Assembly (NCBI GenBank): GCA_964035545.1 | Contig: OZ037769.1 | Location: forward strand, 17,576,633-17,640,632 | Direction: 5' to 3' | DNA length: 64,000 nt | From: Bugula neritina | Lineage: Eukaryota > Animalia > Bryozoa | In this document: in pieces, positions 53,601 through 64,000 of the stretch | Numbering within the stretch: the stretch's first letter is position 1 | Layout: every line of letters begins with the position of its first letter | Translations under genes and position numbers: made by a program | Notes under the pieces: generated by a model | Seen by the model: the letters and a program-made list of their open reading frames with translations, nothing else | Told to the model about the DNA's origin: nothing | The model's database searches: none

Positions 53601-56600
53601 CTCAGTACAGTACTCAGTACACTACTCAGTATAGTACTCAGTATAGTACTAGTACAGTACTTAATATATACAGTACGTAGTACAGTACTAGTGTATATAT
53701 ACAGTATATAAACTGTTGCAGAGGGGGATGCTAATGAGTGAGCCAGCTATTATGGCACGTAACCAGGAAAACATAACACAGATATCAACTATGCAGGAGT
53801 TTGAGTCTAGACTTGTCAGCATGAGGGAGATATACCAGGAAGAGAAATGTCAAGGTCATCTATCAGTACATCTACTAGTGTACCTTGTGCATAGTGTACT
53901 CTACATACACTCTGTATCTACTACTATATATACTCTACATACACTCTGTATCTACTACTATATATACTCTACATACACTCTGTATCTACTACTATATATA
54001 CTCTACATACACTCTGTATATACTACTACATATACTCTACATACACTCTACATATACTACTATATATACTCTACATACACTCTGTATCTACTACTATATA
54101 TACTCTACATACACTCTGTATCTACTCTACATACACTCTACATACACTCTACATATACTACTATATATACTCTACATACACTCTGTATCTACTACTATAT
54201 ATACTCTACATACACTCTGTATCTACTCTACATACACTCTGTATCTACTACTATATATACTCTACATACACTCTGTATATACTCTACATACACTCTGTAT
54301 CTACTACTACATATACTCTACATACACTCTACATATACTACTATATATACTCTACATACACTCTGTATCTACTACTATATATACTCTACATACACTCTGT
54401 ATCTACTACTATATATACTCTACATACACTCTGTATCTACTCTACATACACTCTACATACACTCTACATATACTACTATATATACTCTACATACACTCTG
54501 TATCTACTACTATATATACTCTACATACACTCTGTATCTACTACTACATATACTCTACATACACTCTGTATCTACTACTATATATACTCTACATACACTC
54601 TACATATACTACTATATATACTCTACATACACTCTGTATCTACTACTATATATACTCTGCATCTACTACTATATATACTCTACATACACTCTGTATCTAC
54701 TACTATATATACTCTACATACACTCTACATATACTACTATATATACTCTACATATACTCTGTATCTACTACTATATATACTCTACATACACTCTGTATCT
54801 ACTACTACATATACTCTACATACACTCTGTATCTACTACTATATATACTCTACATACACTCTGTATCTACTACTATATATACTCTACATACACTCTGTAT
54901 CTACTACTACATATACTCTACATACACTCTGTATCTACTACTATATATACTCTACATACACTCTGTATCTACTACTATATATACTCTACATACACTCTGT
55001 ATCTACTACTATATATACTCTACATACACTCTACATATACTACTACATATACTCTACATACACTCTGTATCTACTACTATATATACTCTGTATCTACTAC
55101 TATATATACTCTACATACACTCTGTATCTACTACTATATATACTCTGTATCTACTACTATATATACTCTACATACACTCTGTATATACTACTACATATAC
55201 TCTACATACACTCTGTATCTACTACTATATATACTCTACATACACTCTACATATACTACTATATATACTCTACATACACTCTGTATCTACTACTATATAT
55301 ACTCTGTATCTACTACTATATATACTCTACATACACTCTGTATCTACTACTATATATACTCTACATACACTCTACATATACTACTACATATACTCTACAT
55401 ACACTCTGTATCTACTACTATATATACTCTACATACACTCTACATATACTACTACATATACTCTACATACACTCTGTATCTACTACTATATATACTCTAC
55501 ATACACTCTACATATACTACTATATATACTCTACATACACTCTGTATCTACTACTATATATACTCTGTATCTACTACTATATATACTCTACATACACTCT
55601 GTATCTACTACTATATATACTCTACATACACTCTACATATACTACTATATACACTCTGTATCTACTACTATATATACTCTGTATCTACTACTATATACAC
55701 TCTACATATACTCTGTATATACTACTACATACACTCTGTATCTACTACTACATCTACTCTACATACACTCTGTATCTACTACTATATATACTCTACATAC
55801 ACTCTACATATACTACTATATATACTCTACATACACTCTGTATCTACTACTATATATACTCTGTATCTACTACTATATATACTCTACATACACTCTGTAT
55901 CTACTACTATATATACTCTACATACACTCTACATATACTACTATATACACTCTGTATCTACTACTATATATACTCTGTATCTACTACTATATACACTCTA
56001 CATATACTCTGTATATACTACTACATACACTCTGTATCTACTACTACATCTACTCTACATACACTCTGTATCTACTACTATATATACTCTACATACACTC
56101 TACATATACTCTCTGTATACTAGTATATATACTGTGTGTTTACAGGTCCTCTCATCACTCTACCAGATGACTCTGCTAATCCTTTCGTCATACAAGCTGA
56201 AAGTCATGATTTAATAGGAGTGGCAAACGTCTTCCTGGATGCTCTTTTCTACGACGCGACTTTAGACTACAACGTGGCGGTCATCAACCAGCAGGGGGAG
56301 GTGGCGGGCAGACTCCACATTGTGCTCTGTAAGCTGGACGGCTCTCTCAACGACTCCTACAACGATGAAGTCTCCAGCACTGACTCAGAAGAGGACGGCA
56401 GCAGCGGCAGCAGTCCCAAGGAGATCACGTTGAAGGTGTGCATCAAGGAGGCTAAGGGGTTGCCCCGGTCGCTGTCTAACTTTGTGTTCTGTCAGTACAC
56501 GTTCTGGGGCCACGACGAGGTGGTGCTGGTGGCGCCTAAAGTAGACGAGTCAGTGACTGAAGAGTTAACTGATGGCCCGGCCTGCTTCAAGTTTGACCAT

Positions 56601-59600
56601 GAGAAGGTGAGCTTCTAGTATACAGTTACTACTAGTATATAGTTACTACTAGTATATAGTTACTACTAGTATATAGTTACTACTAGTATACAGTTACTAC
56701 TAGTATACAGTTACTACTAGTATACAGTTAGTATACAGTTACTACTAGTATATAGTTACTACTAGTATATAGTTACTACTAGTATACAGTTACTACTAGT
56801 ATACAGTTACTACTAGTATATAGTTACTACTAGTATACAGTTACTACTAGTATACAGTTACTACTAGTATATAGTTACTACTAGTATACAGTTACTACTA
56901 GTATATAGTTACTACTAGTATATAGTTACTACTAGTATATAGTTACTACTAGTATACAGTTACTACTAGTATATAGTTACTGCTGGTATATAATTAATGC
57001 TGGTATATAGTGTTTCACTGTGCCCGTGACGGAGGAATTCACTGAACATCTGTATGATGGAGCTCTGACTATTGAAGTCTATGGTCACACGTCAGATGAA
57101 AGCCGTGCTATGATTGGTCGCTCCCTGTCAGACCGATGGAGTGAGGTGACCAGAAAGCTGGAGCTGAGTGTGGAGATACAGGAGCTGAGTGAGAGAGGCA
57201 CGTTTGAGGGAGTGGAGGTGCAGGTGAGGCCAGACGTCTACTGCGGTGGGGTGCATCAGCTACGTCAGGGCTACTCACGGCGACTGGTGGTGAGAGCCAG
57301 ACCCGTGTCAACTTCTGGCTCGCTGCCTCTGACGGTGGACAGCATCAGCAGCGTATGGGTGGGGAGTCTGTGTGTTCGCTCCAGCACTCACAAGGGACTG
57401 GATAGTTACCAGGAGGATGGGCTGTCTCTGCTCAGGAGTAGATGGACTGAAGCTCTGGAGAGGAGGAAACAGTATCTAGATGAGAAGATGCAGCTGTTGG
57501 CCGCGAGAGAAGGTAATACACTGTATATTATATTATAGTAATACATACTGTATATTATATTATAGTAATACACTGTATATTATATTATAGTAATACACTG
57601 TATATTATATTATAGTAATATATACTGTATATTATATTATAGTAATATATACTGTATATTATATTATAGTAATACACTGTATATTATATTATAGTAATAT
57701 ATACTGTATATTATATTATAGTAATACACTTTGTATTATATTATAGTAATACACTGTATATTATATTATAGTAATACATACTGTATATTATATTATAGTA
57801 ATACACTGTATATTATATTATAGTAATATATACTGTATATTATATTATAGTAATACACTGTGTATTATATTATAGTAATACACTGTATATTATATTATAG
57901 TAATACATACTGTATATTATATTATAGTAATACACTGTATATTATATTATAGTAATATATACTGTATATTATATTATAGTAATATATACTGTATATTATA
58001 TTATAGTAATACACTGTATATTATATTATAGTAATATATACTGTATATTATATTATAGTAATACACTTTGTATTATATTATAGTAATACACTGTATATTA
58101 TATTATAGTAATACACTGTATATTATATTATAGTAATACACTGTATATTATATTATAGTAATACACTGTGTATTATATTATAGTAATACACTGTATATTA
58201 TATTATAGTAATACACTGTATATTATATTATAGTAATACACTGTATATTATATTATAGTAATATATACTGTATATTATATTATAGTAATACACTGTATAT
58301 TATATTATAGTAATACACTGTATATTATATTATAGTAATACACTGTATATTATATTATAGTAATACACTGTATATTATATTATAGTAATACACTGTATAT
58401 CATATTATAGTAATATATACTGTATATTATATTATAGTAATACACTGTATATTATATTATAGTAATATATACTGTATATTATATTATAGTAATACACTTT
58501 GTATTATATTATAGTAATACACTGTATATTATATTATAGTAATACACTGTATATTATATTATAGTAATACACTGTATATTATATTATAGTAATATATACT
58601 GTATATTATATTATAGTAATACACTGTATATTATATTATAGTAATATATACTGTATATTATATTATAGTAATACACTGTATATTATATTATAGTAATACA
58701 CTGTATATTATATTATAGTAATACACTGTTTATTATATTATAGTAATACACTGTTTATTATATTATAGTAATACACTGTGTATTATATTATAGTAATACA
58801 CTGTGTATTATATTATAGTAATACACTGTATATTATATTATAGTAATACACTGTATATTATATTATAGTAATACACTGTGTATTATACTATAGTAATATA
58901 CAGTAATATAAAGTACTATGAAGTAATATCTGTTCAGATAAGACAGAGTCGGATGTTGAGAGAGAGAAGAATCTGATGAACCAGTGGCTCAGCCTAGCAG
59001 AAGAGAGAAATGATGTGCTCGTACCTCAGGCAGGAAGTGGTGTGCCTGGAGCTCCCGCTACTGGGTAATACCACTCCTATTTACTATACATACTGTGACA
59101 TTGTAACACCACTCTTATATATACTGTGACATTGTAACACCACTCTTATATATACTGTGACATTGTAACATTGTAACACCACTCTTATATATACTGTGAG
59201 ATTGTAACACCACTCTTATATATACTGTGACATTGTAACATTGTAACACCACTCTTATATATACTGTGACATTGTAACACCACTCTTATATATACTGTGG
59301 CATTGTAACACCACTCTTATATATACTGCGTATTGTAACACCACTCTTATATATACTGTGACATTGTAACACCACTCTTATATATACTGTGACATTGTAA
59401 CATTGTAACGCCACTCTTATATATACTGTGACATTGTAACACCACTCTTATATATACTGTGGCATTGTAACACCACTCTTATATATACTGCGGATTGTAG
59501 GGAACCTGGGCTAGGGATAGAGCATCACACTCCTGTCATCTTCCTTGACCTGAATATTGAAGACATGGTACCCAGACACAGTGAGGATGAGACGGGGTCG

Positions 59601-62291
59601 GTGGCTGAGTCAGCCTGCTTAGACAAGGAGATGATCACAGAGTTCCTACAGCTACCTGTGCTCAGTGCGGACAATAATGTCAGTTCAATCACCTGCTCGT
59701 GGGACTCTAGTATACACAACTCCTTACATCTGAACAGAGTGACACCTGGCAATGAAAGAGTCTATCTCATAGTGAAAGTCTTGCTCTCACTCTCTCACCC
59801 TGCTCCCATCAACTTGACTCTCAGAAAGAGAATCTGTATCAATGTATATAAAAACAAGAGCTTTACTACAAAACTGAAGAAGAGATTAACACAGACAGCT
59901 TCTGTAAGTACTCTGTGTCACCCTGTACTCTGTGTCACCTTGTGCTTTGTGTCACCTTGTACTCTGTGTGTCACCTTGTACTCTGTGTGTCACCTTGTAC
60001 TCTGTGTGCCACCTTGTACTCTGTGTCACCTTGTACTCTGTATCACCTTGTACTTTGTGTCACCTTGTACTCTGTGTCACCCTGTACTCTGTGTCACCCT
60101 GTACTTTGTGTCACCTTGTACTCTGTGTCACCTTGTACTCTGTGTCACCTTGTACTCTGTGTCACCTTGTACTGTGTGTCACCTTGTACTCTGTGTCACC
60201 TTGTACTGTGTGTCACCTTGTACTCTGTGTCACCTTGTACTGTGTGTCACCTTGCACTGTGTGTCACCTTGTACTCTGTGTCACCTTGTACTGTGTGGCA
60301 CTTTGTATTGTGTGTCACTTGTGACGGTGTACTTCTCATGTCTGTCGCAGATATGGTTAAATTAGTCACTCGTTTAAGCCAGAGTTGTAATAAGTTAAGA
60401 GTCTTCTATGTAAACATTATCGTTGTAGAGTATGGGGGCGGGCCAAACCACAGTCAATAGGCTCCTGAATGTTCATGAAAATCTCACATCCTGTGGCATA
60501 CTGTATGATATAGTATCTAATATTCCTAAGGTAAGTATACTGTATAGTATATATCTAATATTCCTAAGGTAAGTATACTGTATGATATAGTATCTAATAT
60601 TCCTAAGGTAAGTATACTGTATAGTATATTATATATTCCTTAGGTAAGTATACTGTATAGTATATTATATATTCCTAAGGTAAGTATACTGTATGGTATA
60701 TTATATATTCCTAAGGTAAGTATACTATATAATCTATTATACATATTGCGCTGACAGGCATCAGAAGAGCTGGAGGACAGAGAGACAATGGCAAAGTTGG
60801 CAGCTGCCTCTGGATATGAGCACCAGGAGAGTACGGAAGATGGTGACTCATACATAGAAAAGTATATCAGGAGTGTGGCAGCAGTAGAGAGTATAATAAC
60901 GTTAGACAGACTGGGGCAGGTACTTGTATACTATAATATATACTAAGTGTAGACAGGCTGGGGCAGGTACTTGTATACTATAATATATACTAAGTGTAGA
61001 CAGGCTGGGGCAGGTACTTGTATACTGTAATATATACTAAGTGTAGACAGGCTGGGGCAGGTACTTGTATACTGTAATATATACTAAGTGTAGACAGGCT
61101 GGGGCAGGTACTTGTATACTATAATATATACTAAGTGTAGACAGGCTGGGGCAGGTACTTGTATACTATAATATATACTAAGTGTAGACAGGCTGGGGCA
61201 GGTACTTGTATACTATAATATATACTAAGTGTAGACAGGCTGGGACAGGTACTTGTATACTGTAATATATACTAAGTGTAGACAGGCTGGGGCAGGTACT
61301 TGTATACTGTAATATATACTAAGTGTAGACAGGCTGGGGCAGGTACTTGTATTGGACTCATGCATGCTGTTGTATGTACAGGAAGTGGCTATTAAAGACT
61401 CCTTGCTAGCGTCTGGCAGGTCTCCAAAGCGGACATTCAGTTCTCCCAATATTTCAGCTGTAAGTATAGTATACTCTCTCTCTACTCTCTCTCTACTCTC
61501 TCTCTACTCTCTCTCTCTACTCTCTGTACCACACTCACTCTCTTTCATTGATGAATACTTAGATGCTGGAGTCACTGTATGGCTCATTGCGCTCTGGAGT
61601 TGATGTATGTATCACTTTACCTTCAGTTATAGTTTCTTCATGCTGTCAGGTGGTACCTGCTGTCACCTGGTACCTGCTGTCACCTGGTACCTGCTGTCAC
61701 GTGGTACCTGCTGTCAGATGGTACCTGCTGTCACGTGGTACCTGCTGTCACATGGTACCTGCTCTCACATGGTACCTGCTGTCACGTGGTACATGCTGTC
61801 ACATGGTACATACTGTCACGTGGTACCTGCTGTCACATGCTAATAACCCGTTATATTGCTGAATGCTCTGGTGGCCGGCTGTCTTTCTAAGTACACATTG
61901 CATATGCATGTGGGGCTAACTCCTGGTGACCTTCACACTTCTGTGTCTGATAGAGTATTAGTTAGAGATGTTGATAGACAGTGTACTACGCTTATAGCAG
62001 CTTCTAATTGCTTCATGCTAAACACTCTGACCAGTTCAGCTATATACTATATAATATGTATTATATATATACTGTACAGTGTAGTATATACTGTATATTA
62101 TATATATACTATACAGTGTAGTATTTACTGTATAGTATATATAATATACAGTGTAGTATATACTGTATATTATATATACTATACAGTGTAGTATATACTG
62201 TATAGTATATATAATATACACCGAATGTATTTAGATTATGAAGAGCAGTACATCAACTCCCTCCTTTACAGAGAAAGTGAAATCTCCTTTG
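38654..62291 (+). CDS. KIF13: Kinesin-3 family KIF13A/B (Khc-73)-like motor, 5' portion (>=25 exons, ~1410 aa so far; 3' end beyond window)
   Basis: Exons 38654-38711, 39468-39567, 40920-40941, 41761-41821, 42447-42539, 45473-45656, 45859-45943, 46249-46383, 46605-46844, 47770-47982, 48157-48267, 48476-48863, 49321-49461, 53054-53222, 53361-53523, 53722-53854, 56146-56606, 57011-57512, 58938-59064, 59501-59903, 60429-60530, 60758-60919, 61382-61459, 61563-61604, 62235-62291 (last two less certain). Motifs [67 protein letters not shown] domain ([22 protein letters not shown]), KIF13-type tail ([33 protein letters not shown]). A versus B not resolvable by eye. Confidence 0.93.
39583..40803. repeat. 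33-bp minisatellite with a periodic second module, KIF13 intron 2
   Basis: Unit TTGCTGCAGTACTGG(T/C)TACTCTAAGTACCATCACCA-type, interleaved with TATGCTTCCTTATCTCCAGTCTGTACAGTA. Confidence 0.93.
41108..41572. repeat. 19-bp minisatellite, KIF13 intron 3
   Basis: Unit TACCACATACTGTATACTG. Confidence 0.9.
42550..42835. repeat. TATACTCTGTATTC(TATGC) array, KIF13 intron 5
   Basis: Direct inspection. Confidence 0.88.
43240..44220. repeat. 20-bp minisatellite, ~49 copies, KIF13 intron 5
   Basis: Unit AGCACTT(G/A)GTACT(G/A)(T/C)AGCAT. Confidence 0.96.
45130..45449. repeat. ~63-bp repeat x5, KIF13 intron 5
   Basis: Unit ATGTGTATAACTAAGTAATATACTAGGTAGTGTAGTGTATACTCTACTTAGTTATCTACAGCTA. Confidence 0.9.
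45638..45829 (+). repeat. 28-bp repeat x7 spanning the donor of KIF13 exon 6
   Basis: Unit ACCTGCTCTCTCCTGTCAG|GTATGTGTA. Confidence 0.96.
46845..47753 (+). repeat. 21-bp minisatellite x43 starting exactly at the donor GT, KIF13 intron 9
   Basis: Unit GTAACTGTTTAGTATCAACTA. Confidence 0.97.
48878..49240. repeat. 13-bp C-rich minisatellite, KIF13 intron 12
   Basis: Unit CACT(A/G)CCCCTCTT. Confidence 0.92.
49470..49788. repeat. 40-bp minisatellite x8, KIF13 intron 13
   Basis: Unit TGTGTACTATCTAGTAGTTGTCATACCCTGAATA(T/C)AGTAC. Confidence 0.93.
50103..50846. repeat. 21-bp (15-bp variant) minisatellite, KIF13 intron 13
   Basis: Unit AGACATAGACACTGAT(C/T)ACAT. Confidence 0.95.
51105..53030. repeat. 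15-bp minisatellite, KIF13 intron 13
   Basis: Unit AGTGTA(G/C)TAGTAT(A/G)T. Confidence 0.96.
53895..56120. repeat. Composite ~34-bp minisatellite, KIF13 intron 16
   Basis: Unit TACTCTACATACACTCTGTATCTACTACTATATA; source of the 832- and 761-aa artefact ORFs. Confidence 0.95.
56616..56990. repeat. 17-bp minisatellite, KIF13 intron 17
   Basis: Unit TAGTATA(C/T)AGTTACTAC. Confidence 0.93.
57513..58900 (+). repeat. 25-27-bp minisatellite starting at the donor GT, KIF13 intron 18
   Basis: Unit GTAATACACTGTATATTATATTATA. Confidence 0.96.
59088..59499. repeat. 30-38-bp minisatellite, KIF13 intron 19
   Basis: Unit TACTGTGACATTGTAACACCACTCTTATATA. Confidence 0.92.
59908..60322. repeat. 17-19-bp minisatellite, KIF13 intron 20
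   Basis: Unit GTACTCTGTGTCACCTT. Confidence 0.92.
60498..60727 (+). repeat. 36-39-bp repeat x6 spanning the donor of KIF13 exon 21
   Basis: Unit ATACTGTATGATATAGTATCTAATATTCCTAAG|GTAAGT. Confidence 0.93.
60903..61352 (+). repeat. 47-bp repeat x10 spanning the donor of KIF13 exon 22
   Basis: Unit TAGACAGGCTGGGGCAG|GTACTTGTATACT(A/G)TAATATATACTAAGTG. Confidence 0.96.
61640..61840. repeat. 17-bp minisatellite, KIF13 intron 24
   Basis: Unit TGGTACCTGCTGTCAC(G/A/C). Confidence 0.88.
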
Positions 62292-62339
62292 GTATGTCAT
62301 TAAATATACTCAAATACTTTGCAAATTATCTCACTGTGT

Positions 62340-64000
62340 TATACTCTACTCTGTATACTCTGTATACTCTGTATACTCTACACTGTATACTCTGTATACT
62401 CTGTGTACTCTGTATACTCTGTATACTCTACTCTGTATACTCTGTATACTCTACTCTGTATACTCTGTGTACTCTGTATACTCTGTATACTCTACTCTGT
62501 ATACTCTGTATACTCTGTATACTCTACACTGTATACTCTACTCTGTATACTCTGTATACTCTGTATACTCTGTATACTCTGTATACTCTGTATACTCTGT
62601 ATACTCTGTATACTCTGTATACTCTGCATACTCTGCATACTCTGTACACTCTGTACACTCTGTGTACTCTGTGTACTCTGTATACTCTGTGTACTCTGTA
62701 TACTCTGTACACTCTGTACACTCTGTATACTCTGCATACTCTGCATACTCTGTATACTCTGTGTACTCTACTCTGTATACTCTGTATACTCTGTATACTC
62801 TGTGTACTCTGTATACTCTGTGTACTCTGTGTACTCTGTATACTCCGTATACTCTACTCTGTATACTCTGTATACTCCGTATACTCTACTCTGTATACTC
62901 TGTGTACTCTGTATACTCTGTGTACTCTGTATACTCTGTGTACTCTGTGTACTCTGTGTACTCTGTGTACTCTGTATACTCTGTGTACTCTGTATACTCT
63001 GTATACTCTACTCTGTATACTCTACTCTGTATACTCTACTCTGTATACTCTACTCTGTATACTCTACTCTGTATACTCTGTATACTCTGTATACTCTGTA
63101 TACTCTGTGTACTCTGTGTACTCTGTGTACTCTGTATACTCTGTATACTCTGTATACTCTGTATACTCTACTCTGTATACTCTGTATACTCTGTATACTC
63201 TGTATACTCTGTATACTCTGTATACTCTGTGTACTCTACTCTGTATACTCTGTATACTCTGTATACTCTGTATACTCTGTGTACTCTGTATACTCTGTGT
63301 ACTCTGTATACTCTGTGTACTCTGTGTACTCTGTGTACTCTGTGTACTCTGTGTACTCTGTATACTCTACTCTGTATACTCTGTATACTCTGTATACTCT
63401 GTATACTCTGTATACTCTGTATACTCTACTCTGTATACTCTGTATACTCTGTGTACTCTGTGTACTCTGTGTACTCTGTGTACTCTGTGTACTCTGTGTA
63501 CTCTGTATACTCTACTCTGTATACTCTGTATACTCTGTATACTCTGTATACTCTGTATACTCTGTATACTCTGTATACTCTGTATACTCTACTCTGTATA
63601 CTCTGTATACTCTGTATACTCTGTATACTCTGTATACTCTGTATACTCTGTATACTCTGTATACTCTGTATACTCTGTATACTCTGTATACTCTGTATAC
63701 TCTGTATACTCTACTCTGTATACTCTGTGTACTCTGTATACTCTGTGTACTCTGTATACTCTGTATACTCTGTATACTCTGTATACTCTGTATACTCTGT
63801 ATACTCTGTATACTCTGTATACTCTGTATACTCTGTATACTCTGTATACTCTGTATACTCTGTATACTCTGTATACTCTGTATACTCTGTATACTCTGTA
63901 TACTCTGTATACTCTGTATACTCTGTATACTCTGTATACTCTGTATACTCTGTATACTCTGTGTACTCTACTCTGTATACTCTGTCTACTCTGTATACTC
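62340..64000. repeat. 9-bp minisatellite running to the window end, KIF13 intron 25
   Basis: Unit TACTCTGT(A/G) with occasional TACTC inserts. Confidence 0.96.

Noticed and set aside
53716-56214. 832-aa and 761-aa Tyr/Ile/Leu-rich ORFs, and similar ORFs at 33714-35239, 39371-40863, 50042-50908 and 26284-27028
   Set aside because: Read-through of intronic minisatellites; open in several frames and on both strands, with no protein-like complexity.
62340-64000. Telomeric or subtelomeric repeat at the window end
   Set aside because: The 9-bp TACTCTGTA unit is not a known telomere motif and follows a KIF13 donor site; the gene is still incomplete.

Overview
AT-rich animal (invertebrate; lophotrochozoan is a guess) nuclear genomic DNA, about 16% coding. 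It holds four spliced genes whose hand-built exon chains all keep reading phase: (1) a 2-exon secreted neuropeptide-precursor-like gene (minus, 3532-4236, ending KR-PFDIIRM-GK); (2) an 18-exon STRA6/RBPR2-like membrane protein (plus, 6113-20582, ~733 aa); (3) a 27-exon intact MSH6 without a PWWP domain (minus, 20832-38249, ~1147 aa); (4) a kinesin-3 KIF13/Khc-73-like gene (plus, from 38654, running off the window). The striking structure is intronic. By hand count roughly 55-60 of ~68 introns are filled by tandem arrays, each intron with its own private unit (9-60 bp). Many units are anchored on, or copied across, the exon-intron junction, so real splice sites sit among up to dozens of identical decoy copies, very often in AG|GT (recursive/proto-splice) form. 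Collapsing several arrays to one unit leaves only 34-43-nt introns. A ~240-bp-arm foldback element and one GC-AG intron are also present. Most long ORFs in the supplied track are repeat artefacts.
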